Shown here: positions 36,597-46,448 of the stretch, piece after piece | Layout: every line of letters begins with the position of its first letter | How positions within the stretch are numbered: the first letter of the stretch is position 1 | Assembly: GCA_937920515.1 (NCBI GenBank) | Contig: CALEUG010000006.1 | Span: forward strand, 32,000-95,999 | Length of the DNA stretch: 64,000 nt | From: an uncultured bacterium | GTDB lineage: Bacteria; Acidobacteriota; Aminicenantia; Aminicenantales; Saccharicenantaceae | Reading direction: 5' to 3' | Translations under genes and position numbers: made by a program | Notes under the pieces: generated by a model | What the model was told of the DNA's origin: nothing | Database searches by the model: none | The model's input: the letters and a program-made list of their open reading frames with translations, nothing else

Positions 36597-38054
36597 ATGA
36601 ATACCAGGGAAAGAAACTACCGTATTCTGGTGGTGGATGACGAGGACAACATCCGGAAGACCTTAAAAATGATTCTTGAGTATGAAGGCTACGTTTTCTT
36701 CGAGGCCGCGGACGGAGTGACGGCCCGGGAGGTGCTCGAGAGCCATCCGGAAATTGACCTGGTCCTGCTCGATATCAGATTGCCCGATAGCGACGGTCTG
36801 AGCCTGCTGGCCGAGGTCAGGAAAAAACCGCTGGTTCCGGAGGTTATCATGATCTCCGGTCACGGAACTATCGCCATGGCTGTGGAAGCCACCAAGCTGG
36901 GGGCTTTCGACTTCCTGGAAAAGCCTCTGCACCGGGAGCGGGTCTTGCTCAGTGTCCGCAACGCCCTGGAAGCCAGAAAATTGAAAACGACAGTTCAGGA
37001 TATCAAGAAACGGGTAGAAAAAAAATACCGGATTATCGGGCAACACCCGCTGATGCTGGGTCTCTGGCAGGAAATCCAGAAAATTGCACCGACCCATGCC
37101 ACCGTTCTCATCCAGGGGGAAAGCGGCACCGGAAAAGAACTGGTGGCCAGGGCCATCCACGATAACAGCCCCCGGGCCGAAGAGAATTTCGTCCAGGTCA
37201 ACTGCGCCGCCATTCCCGAGGAACTGATCGAAAGCGAGCTGTTCGGCCATGAGAAGGGAGCCTTCACCGGGGCCACCGAACGCAAGCCGGGCAAGTTTGA
37301 ACTGGCTGACGGGGGAACCATATTTCTGGATGAAATAGGGGATATGAGCTTGAAGACCCAGTCCAAGGTTCTCCGGGTTCTGGAAGAAGGCGAGGTCCAG
37401 AGGGTTGGTTCCAGCAAGATCATCAAGGTTGATGTCCGGATTATCGCCGCCACCAATAAAGACCTCAAAAAGGAGATGAAAGAAGGCCGTTTCCGCGACG
37501 ACCTCTATTTCCGGCTGAACGTGGTCCCGATTTACGTTCCGCCTCTCAGAGAAAGGAAGGAAGATATTCCTCTTCTGGTCGATTATTTCTGTGCAGCCTA
37601 TTCGGAAGAGAATAATTTTCGTCGCAAGAAATTTTCGGCTGAAGCCCTGGAAATCATGATGAAGTATCCCTGGAAGGGAAACGTCAGGGAATTGCGAAAC
37701 CTGGTGGAGAGGCTGATTATCCTTACCGATAAGGAAATTATCGGCCCGGAGGACCTGCCCGACTATCTGCTGCAGGACAGGGAACTGTTGTTGCCCGACC
37801 TGCGCCGGGTCAGGACCCTGAGGGATTTTCGGGAGGAAGCCGAGAAGAATTTCATCCTGTTTAAGCTGAAGAGCAACAACTGGAACGTTTCCAGGACCGC
37901 CAGGGAAATCGACACCCCCCGCAGCAACCTCTACAAAAAACTGGAGCAATATGGTATAAAATTAAAGGCTGGAGCAGGCGAGGCGGTCGCTTCTTCTTCC
38001 AACGAGGAAGAAGGGGAGGAAAGTCCGAACTCCACAGGGCAGGATGGTCGCTAA
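36597..38054 (+). CDS. Sigma-54-dependent response regulator (NtrC family)
   Basis: Receiver domain (VVDDEDNI...LLDIRLPDSDG), AAA+ Walker A GESGTGKE, GAFTGA sigma-54 contact motif, Fis-type HTH ...SRTAREIDTPRSNLYKKLEQYGI. The last 29 codons overlap rnpB. Confidence 0.9.
   Translation: MNTRERNYRILVVDDEDNIRKTLKMILEYEGYVFFEAADGVTAREVLESHPEIDLVLLDIRLPDSDGLSLLAEVRKKPLVPEVIMISGHGTIAMAVEATKLGAFDFLEKPLHRERVLLSVRNALEARKLKTTVQDIKKRVEKKYRIIGQHPLMLGLWQEIQKIAPTHATVLIQGESGTGKELVARAIHDNSPRAEENFVQVNCAAIPEELIESELFGHEKGAFTGATERKPGKFELADGGTIFLDEIGDMSLKTQSKVLRVLEEGEVQRVGSSKIIKVDVRIIAATNKDLKKEMKEGRFRDDLYFRLNVVPIYVPPLRERKEDIPLLVDYFCAAYSEENNFRRKKFSAEALEIMMKYPWKGNVRELRNLVERLIILTDKEIIGPEDLPDYLLQDRELLLPDLRRVRTLRDFREEAEKNFILFKLKSNNWNVSRTAREIDTPRSNLYKKLEQYGIKLKAGAGEAVASSSNEEEGEESPNSTGQDGR
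37952..37960 (+). promoter_or_regulatory. Extended -10 promoter candidate (TGgTATAAA) for rnpB, embedded in the regulator CDS
   Basis: It ends 7 nt before the first base of the predicted P1 helix (37968). Confidence 0.4.
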
Positions 38055-38340
38055 CCGCGACTCCGGGCGACCGGGGGAAAGTGCCACAGAAAACATACCG
38101 CCCGCTTCCTCGAGAAGCGAGTAAGGGTGAAAAGGTGAGGTAAGAGCTCACCGCTCTGTCGGTGACGGCAGAGGCAGGGCAAACCCCATCCGGAGCAAGA
38201 CCAAATTAGCCCCGCTTGAGGATGGCCCGTCCGATGGGGTGGGTAGGTCGCTAAACCGGCTGAGCAATCAGCCGATCAGACAAATGACCGCCGCTGCCAC
38301 GAGCAGTAACTGAATTCGGCTTATGTCCTGCTCCGGCCAC
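37968..38340 (+). ncRNA. rnpB: RNase P RNA, bacterial type A
   Basis: P1 GCUGGAGCAGG (37968-78) pairs with CCUGCUCCGGC (38327-37). Universal blocks are present in order: GGAGGAAAGUCCG, AGUGCCACAGAAAACAUACCGCC, GUAAGGGUGAAA, GGUAAGAGC, CCGGAGCAAG, ACUGAAUUCGGCUUAU. Confidence 0.93.
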
Positions 38341-38343
38341 TTT

Positions 38344-38371
38344 TTGACAAAAGGCGTTTTTCTGTTATAAT
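38344..38371 (+). promoter_or_regulatory. Consensus sigma-70 promoter TTGACA-16-TATAAT (with TGt extension) for initiator tRNA
   Basis: TTGACA at 38344-49 and TGTTATAAT at 38363-71. The tRNA 5' end lies 10 nt after the -10. Confidence 0.6.
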
Positions 38372-38381
38372 TGAAAATGAT

Positions 38382-38458
<77 letters not shown>

Positions 38459-38623
38459 TTTTTTTTATTCCATCCCAGATCTCCTGGCTCGTCAGTCTAT
38501 AATCCTAAAATTTAAGCCCGCTTCTGGCCGCATCCAGGTCTTCAGGCTGAAGATGGAAAAGCAACCCCAACCCATTCTTTTAAATTTTTCCCGTTTGAAC
38601 CTCTGACTCCATTCAACATTCTT

Positions 38624-38652
38624 TTGATTTAATCAGCAAAATCTGGTATAGA
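38624..38652 (+). promoter_or_regulatory. Promoter candidate TTGATT-17-TATAGA with TGg extension, upstream of the aminopeptidase gene
   Basis: TTGATT at 38624-29 and TGGTATAGA at 38644-52. An alternative TATAAT sits at 38659-64. Confidence 0.45.
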
Positions 38653-38681
38653 TGATTTTATAATTCTGAGAGGAGGAATAG

Positions 38682-40067
38682 ATGTTCAAACCCGAAACTT
38701 ATCAGCAGAGAAGAAAAAAGCTCAGGAGCCTGGTCAAGACAGGACTTTGCCTGTTCCCGGGCAATGTCGATAGCCCGATGAACTACAAGGCCAACGCCTA
38801 TCCCTTTCGTCAGGACAGCACTTTCCTGTATTTTTTTGGACTGGATTCGCCGGGCCTGGCCGCAATCGTGGACATAGACGAAGGTCAGGACATTATCTTC
38901 GGGGACGACGTAACTCTTGAAGATATAATCTGGGTCGGTCCCCAGCCGAAAATGAAGGACAGGGCGATGGCGGTCGGAGTCAGGCAGGTCAGACCATATG
39001 CTGCCATTCAAGAATACCTGCAGAAGGCCAGGAGCCAGGGTCGGACAATCCATTTTCTGCCACCCTACAGGGCTGAAACCAGTCTGCAGCTGGCCGGCTG
39101 GCTGGGAGTCTCGCCGGACGAGCTTAAATCACAAGCTTCACTGGAATTAATACGGGCAGTGGTGGCTCTTCGTTCGGTCAAAAGCCCTGAAGAAATTAAG
39201 GAAATAGAGAATGCTTTGTCAGTGACGAAAGAGATGTACCTGGTGGCCATACCCAGGGTCAAACCCGGAGCCAGGGAGCAGGAAGTTCTGGCCTTTATGG
39301 AGATGGTGTTGAGAGCCAATGGCCTGACTTTTTCTTTTCCGCCCATCATCACCATAAACGGGCAGATATTTCACAAAACCTCATACGGCGATACCCTGAA
39401 AAAAGGCCGGATGCTGGTTATGGATGCCGGAGCCGAGTCGGCCCGGCACTATGCCTGCGACATCACCAGGTCGATTCCAGTGGGAGGAAAGTTTAACCAG
39501 CGTCAGCGGGATATCTACTCCATCGTGCTCAGGGGCCAGGAAGAGGCCATCAAAGCCATTGCCCCCGGTATTAAGTACCTCGAAGTCCATCTCCGGGCAG
39601 CCCGGGTCATGGCTGAAGGCTTGAAAGACCTGGGACTGATGAAGGGTAACCTGGATGAGGCCGTCGAACATGGAGCCCATGCTCTCTTTTTCCCGCACGG
39701 TCTGGGACACATGCTGGGGCTGGATGTTCATGACATGGAAAACCTCGGAGAAAACCACGTTGGCTACGACCAGACTGTCAAGCGCAGCCAGCAATTTGGA
39801 CTGGGCTACCTGAGACTGGCCAGAGCCCTGGAACCGGGCTTTGTGCTTACGGTTGAGCCCGGGATATATTTTATTCCGGCACTGGTGGCTACCTGGAAAA
39901 AAGAAAAGAAGCATCTTGATTTTATAAACTACTCAGCTGTGGAAAAATTTCTTGATTTTGGAGGCGTCAGGCTCGAGGATGATGTTCTGGTAACAGAGAA
40001 CGGTTGCCGGGTGCTCGGACCAAAGATTCCCAGGAAAATTAAGGACGTTGAGAAACTTTTTGCCTGA
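38682..40067 (+). CDS. pepP: Xaa-Pro aminopeptidase (M24B) with AMP_N-type N-terminal domain
   Basis: Metal-ligand motifs DAGAE..., HGLGHMLGLDVHD, VEPGIY, VRLEDDV. GAGGAGGA SD upstream. Confidence 0.85.
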   Translation: MFKPETYQQRRKKLRSLVKTGLCLFPGNVDSPMNYKANAYPFRQDSTFLYFFGLDSPGLAAIVDIDEGQDIIFGDDVTLEDIIWVGPQPKMKDRAMAVGVRQVRPYAAIQEYLQKARSQGRTIHFLPPYRAETSLQLAGWLGVSPDELKSQASLELIRAVVALRSVKSPEEIKEIENALSVTKEMYLVAIPRVKPGAREQEVLAFMEMVLRANGLTFSFPPIITINGQIFHKTSYGDTLKKGRMLVMDAGAESARHYACDITRSIPVGGKFNQRQRDIYSIVLRGQEEAIKAIAPGIKYLEVHLRAARVMAEGLKDLGLMKGNLDEAVEHGAHALFFPHGLGHMLGLDVHDMENLGENHVGYDQTVKRSQQFGLGYLRLARALEPGFVLTVEPGIYFIPALVATWKKEKKHLDFINYSAVEKFLDFGGVRLEDDVLVTENGCRVLGPKIPRKIKDVEKLFA

Positions 40068-40116
40068 AATATCAAATTGCCATCGTCCCCGTTTAAACAC
40101 AGTGGACGGTTAGCCG

Positions 40117-40629
40117 GTGAGAATGATCAAGTGGTATGTAATCCGCACCAAACCCAGGAAGGAATTTGAGGTCGAGAATCTTTTCAGCCAGGCCGGGTTT
40201 ACAGTATACAACCCGAAGTATTGCCAGGACGGAACTGTCCGTCCATTTTTTCCGGGTTATCTCTTCCTGAAATTCAGGTATCCGGAACAATACCGAACGG
40301 TGATTTATTCCAGAGGTGTGCAGAGAGTGATTGGAAACTCTTCCGGACCCATTTCCCTCGATAGCGAGATTATTAAATGTCTGAAAAGCAGGGAGAAAAA
40401 CGGGTTGATCGAGCTGATGAAATATGGAGAGGAGCCCCGGCCCGGCGACGAAATTGTGGTAATGGAGGGCCCCTTGAAAGGGCTGAGAGGGCTATTCTAC
40501 CGGAACCTGAGCGATAAAGAGAGGGTGTTGATTCTTCTGAACTATGTGGCTTACCAGGGTTCGCTTATGATAGAAAAAAGCAAGATTAAAAAAATCTGCC
40601 GGGACGAAGGCCGGGCCAGCCGCGTTTAG
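40117..40629 (+). CDS. NusG-paralog transcription antiterminator (RfaH/UpxY/LoaP-like)
   Basis: NGN domain WYVIRTKPRKEFEVENLF and KOW motif GDEIVVMEGPLKGLRGLF. It is not in a secE-nusG-rplK context. The start is GTG 40117 or ATG 40123. Confidence 0.75.
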   Translation: MRMIKWYVIRTKPRKEFEVENLFSQAGFTVYNPKYCQDGTVRPFFPGYLFLKFRYPEQYRTVIYSRGVQRVIGNSSGPISLDSEIIKCLKSREKNGLIELMKYGEEPRPGDEIVVMEGPLKGLRGLFYRNLSDKERVLILLNYVAYQGSLMIEKSKIKKICRDEGRASRV

Positions 40630-40671
40630 CTACCGGGCGGGCACCTGACCTGCCCCGCCGAGGAGAGAGTG

Positions 40672-42486
40672 ATGTGTGGAATTTTCGGAATTATCTTCCA
40701 GGAAAGACGCCAGGACCTGGGTCGCATACTCCTGCAAGCCGGGCGGCGCCTGACCTACCGCGGTTACGACTCGGTGGGAATGGGTGTTTTTGATGGCGAC
40801 CGGGTTGATCTAAGAAAAGATGTGGGCAAGATTGAAGAGGTGAACCAGAAGCTCCACTTTGAAGAAATGCAGGGATATAAGGGTATCGTTCAGCTGCGCT
40901 GGGCCACTTTTGGCCAGCCATTGCCGCGCAATGCCCAGCCTCACTTTGACTGTCAGCAGAGGCTGGTCGGAGCCCATAACGGAAACATCGTCAATACCAG
41001 GGAACTGATTTCTTCCTTGACCCTGGCCGGCCACAGGTTCCGTGGTGAAAACGACGGGGAGGTCTGTGTCCACGCCGTGGAAGAAGCCCTGAAAAATTCA
41101 GGAGACCTGGGACGAGCTCTGGAGAAAGCGGACAGAATGCTCCAGGGTGACTATGCCTTCTGCGTGACAGAAATCGCAAGCGAGCTGATGTACTGCGTAA
41201 AGAAATATTCCTCGCTTTATCTCGGGGTAGGTGAGGGGTTCGTCTGCTGTTCCTCCGACCTGCCTTCTATTCTGCCCCTGACCAGAAAAATAGTCTCCAT
41301 CAAAGACCGAGAATACGTGGAATTTTCAGCCAGTTCCTACCGGATAAAGAGCCTGTCCACCGGACAGGTCATAGAACGGGAACCGTATGAATGCACCCTG
41401 GACCTGGAGCAGGCCCAGAAAGGCAATTATCCTCACTTCATGCTGAAAGAAATCCACGAGCAGCCGGAAAAAGCCAGGAACCTTCTGGATTACTTCGAAC
41501 AGAAGGAAAATCTGCAGGGAATACTCAACATTTTAAAAAGAGCGAGGCGGGTCTTCCTGGTGGGTTCGGGGTCCTCCTACAATGCCTGTACCATAGGCGC
41601 CTGTTACCTCAATGCCATCGGACACGTAGAAGCTACCCCGGTGGTGGCCGGGGCCTTCGCCGAATTCTATAAGAATTTCAATCCCCAACAGGAGGCTTTC
41701 ATCCTGGTTTCCCAGAGCGGAGAAACCAAGGACGTCATCAACGTTCTAAACCTCCTGGAGAGCCGGAAGGTCCAGAATATAATTGCTATGGTCAACGTCC
41801 TGGGTTCATCCCTCCAGCTCAGGGTCAGGCATTACCTGCCTTTGCTGACCGGGGTAGAGATTTCAGTTCCGGCCACCAAGACCTTCCTCAACCAGGTGTT
41901 GACTTTTCTGGTGCTGGCCTGCGAGCTGGCCAGGCTTAAGGGAATTAGGTCTCCTCTTTCCCGGAAAGAACTTCGCTCTCTGCCAGGACTGCTGGCCGAG
42001 ACCCTGAACCAGACACCGGGTCCGGTTAAGGAGCTGGCCAGGGTTTTAAAGGGGAAAAAATACCTATATTACCTGGGCTATGGGCTGTCCTACGGGGCCT
42101 GCCTGGAAGGTGCCCTGAAACTCAAGGAAGTCTCTTACATTCCCTGCGAGGCCATGTACTCTTCCGAGTTCAAGCACGGACCACTGGCCATAATCTCGCC
42201 CGATGACTGGGTGGTATTCATAAGTACCGTTCAGGATGCCAGGATGAGCATCTCCCACATGAACGAGGTAAGCTGTCGTTACGGGAAAATTGCTCTGATC
42301 GCGCCCGACGACCAGGCTCTCAGGCTGAACGCTCACTTCCTGATCCCTCTGGTCACGGATAATTATTATTTCAGCCCGATTCTGAGCGTGGTCGTAGCCC
42401 AGCTTCTGGCCTACCATGTCAGCCAGGAATTAGGGCTTGACCCGGACCAGCCGCGAAACATCAGCAAGACCCTGACCGTCGATTGA
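40672..42486 (+). CDS. glmS: Glutamine--fructose-6-phosphate aminotransferase
   Basis: N-terminal MCGIFGI (Ntn Cys), two SIS domains, C-terminal ...NISKTLTVD. The ATG at 40672 is preferred over the GTG at 40669. Confidence 0.93.
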   Translation: MCGIFGIIFQERRQDLGRILLQAGRRLTYRGYDSVGMGVFDGDRVDLRKDVGKIEEVNQKLHFEEMQGYKGIVQLRWATFGQPLPRNAQPHFDCQQRLVGAHNGNIVNTRELISSLTLAGHRFRGENDGEVCVHAVEEALKNSGDLGRALEKADRMLQGDYAFCVTEIASELMYCVKKYSSLYLGVGEGFVCCSSDLPSILPLTRKIVSIKDREYVEFSASSYRIKSLSTGQVIEREPYECTLDLEQAQKGNYPHFMLKEIHEQPEKARNLLDYFEQKENLQGILNILKRARRVFLVGSGSSYNACTIGACYLNAIGHVEATPVVAGAFAEFYKNFNPQQEAFILVSQSGETKDVINVLNLLESRKVQNIIAMVNVLGSSLQLRVRHYLPLLTGVEISVPATKTFLNQVLTFLVLACELARLKGIRSPLSRKELRSLPGLLAETLNQTPGPVKELARVLKGKKYLYYLGYGLSYGACLEGALKLKEVSYIPCEAMYSSEFKHGPLAIISPDDWVVFISTVQDARMSISHMNEVSCRYGKIALIAPDDQALRLNAHFLIPLVTDNYYFSPILSVVVAQLLAYHVSQELGLDPDQPRNISKTLTVD

Positions 42487-42494
42487 GGCCGGGC

Positions 42495-44063
42495 TCATTC
42501 TTCCGGCCGTCCGTATCCGCCGCCGCCCGGGGTCTCAATTCTGAGGACGTCTCCGGCTTCCAGCTTAAGGTTGACCTTGGAGCCCAGGTTCTTCCTGCGT
42601 CCCTTCCTGATCAGGAGGTTGACCCCGGCCTTTCCGGGCAGGCCTCCAGCCAGCCCGTAGGGTCGCCCTTTTCTCCTGTCGGAAATTATGGTCAGGTTGA
42701 CCGGTACCTGGAACTGGTATTCCCTGACCAGTCCATCCCCACCTCGCCGCCGTCCGTAGCCACCGGAGTTTTTTCTCAGGGCGTATTGTTTGATCTTAAC
42801 CGGAAGGTAATTCTCCAGAGCTTCAATCGGGGTGTTCAGGGAGTTGGTCATGTGGCAATGGACTCCGCTCAGACCCGGCAGTCCGGGCGAGGCGCCCAGC
42901 CCGCCGCCGATTGTTTCATAATAAGCAAAGTTAGCCCTGGTGCTCGGGTTAAAACCGCCAAAGGCCACGTTGTTCATGGTTCCCTGACTGGCGGCCGGAA
43001 TCCTGTCCGGAAGGGCCTGGGCCAGGGCACCCAGCAAGACATCCACTATCCTCTGGGAAGTTTCAACGTTGCCACCGGCCAGGGCCGAGGGAAAGGTAGC
43101 GTTGACCACCGAGCCTTCCGGGGCGATTATTTTTATCGGTTTCATAAGACCCGTGTTGAAAGGAATATCTTCTTCCACCAGCGACCGAAAGACATAAAGA
43201 ATAGCCGAGTAGGTGACAGCAAAATTAGCGTTAATAGAACCGGCCACCTGCTCGGAAGAGCCGCTGAAATCCACCCAGGCTTCCTCGCCTCTGACCGTCA
43301 GGGCTACCCGGACCTTCACCGGCTTCGGGCTGACGCCGTCGTCATCCAGGTAATCCTCAAATTCATAAAGGCCGTCGGGGATGGCCTTGATGGTTGCCCT
43401 TAGAATTTTTTCGGTGTAAACCTGTATCTGGTCGGCGTACAGGGTCAACTTTTCCAGTCCATAGCGGGCCAGCATTTCACCCAGGCGCCTTGCACCCCGG
43501 GAGTTGGCTGCTACCTGGGCCATGATATCACCACGCCTTTCCTCCGGTGTCCTGACGTTGGCCAGAAACAGGCTGAGAACCTCTTCGTTCAGACGACCGC
43601 GGCGATAGAGCTTTAAAGGAGGAATAATCACGCCTTCCTGGAAAATCTCTGTGGCCAGCGGCATGGAACCAGGGGTGATACCTCCCACGTCAGAATGATG
43701 GGCCCGGTTGGCTACCAGAAAGCAGAGGTTTTCACCGACGAAATAAGGCTGGATGCAGGTTATGTCAGGAAGATGCGTGCCGCCTTTATAGGGGTCGTTG
43801 AGGATAACCACGTCGCCCGGCTCGAATTCCACTGCCTGAAGTGCAGACTGAACAGAGAGCGGCATGGCTCCCAGGTGAACCGGGATATGAGACCCCTGGG
43901 CAAAAGTTTCGCCAAGCCTGGTGAACAGGGCGCAGGAAAAATCCCTTCTTTCCTTGATATTCGGCGATAAAGCCGTTCTCTGCAGGACGGCGGCCATTTC
44001 CTCGGTGATCGAGGTGAATAAATTTTTGAACAGCTCGAGTTCTATCGGGTCAAACTGGCTCAT
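42495..44063 (-). CDS. hyuB: Hydantoinase B / oxoprolinase family protein
   Basis: 522 aa with a HyuB-type pattern (…DPYKGGTHLPD…, …NSGGYGRRRGGDG…). Its ATG overlaps the hyuA stop by 4 nt. Confidence 0.85.
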   Translation of the reverse strand: MSQFDPIELELFKNLFTSITEEMAAVLQRTALSPNIKERRDFSCALFTRLGETFAQGSHIPVHLGAMPLSVQSALQAVEFEPGDVVILNDPYKGGTHLPDITCIQPYFVGENLCFLVANRAHHSDVGGITPGSMPLATEIFQEGVIIPPLKLYRRGRLNEEVLSLFLANVRTPEERRGDIMAQVAANSRGARRLGEMLARYGLEKLTLYADQIQVYTEKILRATIKAIPDGLYEFEDYLDDDGVSPKPVKVRVALTVRGEEAWVDFSGSSEQVAGSINANFAVTYSAILYVFRSLVEEDIPFNTGLMKPIKIIAPEGSVVNATFPSALAGGNVETSQRIVDVLLGALAQALPDRIPAASQGTMNNVAFGGFNPSTRANFAYYETIGGGLGASPGLPGLSGVHCHMTNSLNTPIEALENYLPVKIKQYALRKNSGGYGRRRGGDGLVREYQFQVPVNLTIISDRRKGRPYGLAGGLPGKAGVNLLIRKGRRKNLGSKVNLKLEAGDVLRIETPGGGGYGRPEE

Positions 44064-46093
44064 GTTCGGCCCGCCTTTTCTATTATCAAATTCAAGAAGC
44101 TGTCGGTGGTGGCGACGTAACCCGGGGGAACGAAGGTGGTTGATTCGGCATCGACCACCAGGACCGGACCGGGAAGCCTGTTTCCGGCCAGCAACTGAGA
44201 GCGGTCGAGGACTTCAACGCGATATTTTTCTTTTCCGTAATACAGCCACTGTTTTTTAATCCTGGCCGCGGCCGGCACTTCCGGACAGCGCTCATAGGAC
44301 CTCAACTTTATTTTCTGAGCTCTGGCCACGGCCCGGACTCTCAGGTTGACTATTTCCACAGGGCGATGCTGATGGTAATAAGAAAAAAGGCGCCGGTGCT
44401 GGCGATGGAATTCCTGGAGGTAGCTAAAATTATGAAAGTGCCCGGGGCGGTAGGGAACAGTCAGTTCATGGGATTGCCCGAGGTACCGCAGGTCCAGTTG
44501 CCGTTCGACCAGAACTTTCTCCGGGCTGAACCCGTCTTCGGCCATATCGGCCAGGGCCTGCTCAGTCATCTGGCCGAAGACCCTTTCCAGTTCTTCCGGG
44601 TCGGTTTTCTGGGCCAGGCGGATGAAAGAGCGGGAATAATCCTTGACTGAGTCGGCCAGCAGCAGCCCCAGGGCTGACAGCACCCCGGCAAATCTCGGGA
44701 TGATAACCCGGGGAATCATCAGGTGTTCAGCCATTTCCACGGCGTGCAGGCCGCCGGCCCCGCCGAAAGAGACAAGAGAAAATTGCCGCGGGTCATAACC
44801 TCTTTCGACAGAAATTACCCGGATGGCCTTCTCCATGCTGGCGTTGGCGATGGCCACCACCCCCAGGGCAGTCTCAACCAGACTCCGGCCGATTTTCCTG
44901 GCCACGGTTTCCAGGGCCCTGTGGCTTCTTTCCGGGTAGATCTTCATCCTGCCGCCCAGGAAATACTCAGGGTCCAGCCGGCCGAGGCAAAGGTTGGCAT
45001 CGGTAACCGCAGGAATTTCACCCAGCCCGTAACAGGCCGGCCCGGGATTGGCTCCCACACTCTGCGGGCCCACCCTGAGCAGCCCTCCTTTATCGACGTA
45101 GATTACAGAGCCGCCACCGGCTCCGACCGAGTGCACGTCCACCATCGGCAGCCGCACCGGGAAATCTCCGACCAGGTTTTCAGTTGACCTTTTAATACGG
45201 CCGTCGATGAGGGAAACATCAGTTGAAGTCCCGCCCATGTCAAAACTGATCACCTGGCGAAAGCCGGCCGCCCTGGCCAGGTGAAGCGCTCCGACCACGC
45301 CGCCGGTGGGGCCGGACAGGATGGTCTTGATGGGTTCCTGCCTGGCCTTTTCGGCCGAGATATACCCCTCGTTGGACTGCATGACCTTTAGCTGGGCTCC
45401 CTCCAGTTTTCCCTGCAGTTCGCCCAGGTAGCGATCCATCACCGGCAGGAGATAGGCGTTGATGACCGTGGTGGAGGCTCTCTCGTACTCCCGGTATTCG
45501 GGCAGCAGACTGGAGGAAGATGACACCTTGAAGCCGGCCTGGCCCAGCTTCTCGGCCACGACCTCCTCGTGCACCGGGTTGGCATAAGAATGCAGCAGGC
45601 AGACAGCCACGGCCTCAACCTTTTCCTTTTTTAAGATATTGATTATACGGTCCAGGTCGTTTTTCCGGAGAGGTTTTTCTACCCGGCCACCGGCCAGGAT
45701 TCTTTCCTCCAGGCCAAAGCAGAGGCGGGGTGAAATAATATAGCTGCGTTCCTCTCCCTTCAGACTGTAAAGGTGTTTTCTGGTCTGGCGCCCGATAAAA
45801 ATTATGTCTTCAAAGCCGGCCGTGGTGAGAAAAGCAATGCGACCTCCTTTTTTCTCCAGCAGGGCATTGGTGCCGACCGTGGTGCCATGAATTATCAGGG
45901 CCTGACTGGCTGGCAGTAAATCGACCAGTCCCTGCAGAATGGCAATTGAGGGGTCGGCCGGCGTGGAAGGAACCTTCTTGACCGTGAGTTGACCTCCGGA
46001 ATGGATGACAAAATCGGTAAAGGTTCCGCCTGAATCCACTCCTATTCTCAAATCTGTTTTCTGGCTGTGGGCCAAGGACCTATCGCTCCTCAA
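44060..46093 (-). CDS. hyuA: Hydantoinase A / oxoprolinase family protein (ATP-binding subunit)
   Basis: ASKHA-type motifs IGVDSGGTFTD and FDMGGTSTD. Confidence 0.85.
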   Translation of the reverse strand: MRSDRSLAHSQKTDLRIGVDSGGTFTDFVIHSGGQLTVKKVPSTPADPSIAILQGLVDLLPASQALIIHGTTVGTNALLEKKGGRIAFLTTAGFEDIIFIGRQTRKHLYSLKGEERSYIISPRLCFGLEERILAGGRVEKPLRKNDLDRIINILKKEKVEAVAVCLLHSYANPVHEEVVAEKLGQAGFKVSSSSSLLPEYREYERASTTVINAYLLPVMDRYLGELQGKLEGAQLKVMQSNEGYISAEKARQEPIKTILSGPTGGVVGALHLARAAGFRQVISFDMGGTSTDVSLIDGRIKRSTENLVGDFPVRLPMVDVHSVGAGGGSVIYVDKGGLLRVGPQSVGANPGPACYGLGEIPAVTDANLCLGRLDPEYFLGGRMKIYPERSHRALETVARKIGRSLVETALGVVAIANASMEKAIRVISVERGYDPRQFSLVSFGGAGGLHAVEMAEHLMIPRVIIPRFAGVLSALGLLLADSVKDYSRSFIRLAQKTDPEELERVFGQMTEQALADMAEDGFSPEKVLVERQLDLRYLGQSHELTVPYRPGHFHNFSYLQEFHRQHRRLFSYYHQHRPVEIVNLRVRAVARAQKIKLRSYERCPEVPAAARIKKQWLYYGKEKYRVEVLDRSQLLAGNRLPGPVLVVDAESTTFVPPGYVATTDSFLNLIIEKAGRT

Positions 46094-46157
46094 ATGAAGG
46101 CTTTAAATTTAGTGAATAGATTTACAGGAATGAGGCCTTATATGTCAAGAAAAAGAT

Positions 46158-46376
46158 TTATTTGCAGGTGGAACAGCTCTGAGAGGAGCAGCTGGAGCAG
46201 CTGCCCGAACCGCTCTTAATCCGGCTACCGCCTCCGCCAATCCCGAAAGAAGAAACCATCCGCTTCACCCGGTCGCTGCCGCAGTCCGGGCAGGTAACTT
46301 TTACGGTGTTGTTCAGGCTGACCAGGAGTTCGAATTTCTTCTGGCAATTAAGGCAGATAAATTCATATATGGGCAT
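46158..46376 (-). CDS. FmdB-family zinc-ribbon protein with Cys/Ser-rich tail
   Basis: MPIYEFICLNCQKKFE...CPDCGS, then the tail GGGGSRIKSGSGSCSSCSSQSCSTCK. Confidence 0.8.
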   Translation of the reverse strand: MPIYEFICLNCQKKFELLVSLNNTVKVTCPDCGSDRVKRMVSSFGIGGGGSRIKSGSGSCSSCSSQSCSTCK

Positions 46377-46448
46377 TTTTGACTCTCAAAATAATTATAC
46401 TACAGACCAGGCAAATTTTAAGGGCCCGTCCCCTGGTAACTCTCAGGT

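Noticed and set aside
40630-40671. glmS ribozyme upstream of glmS.
   Set aside because: Only 39-42 nt separate the NusG-paralog stop from the glmS start. That is far too short, and none of the ribozyme core sequence is present.
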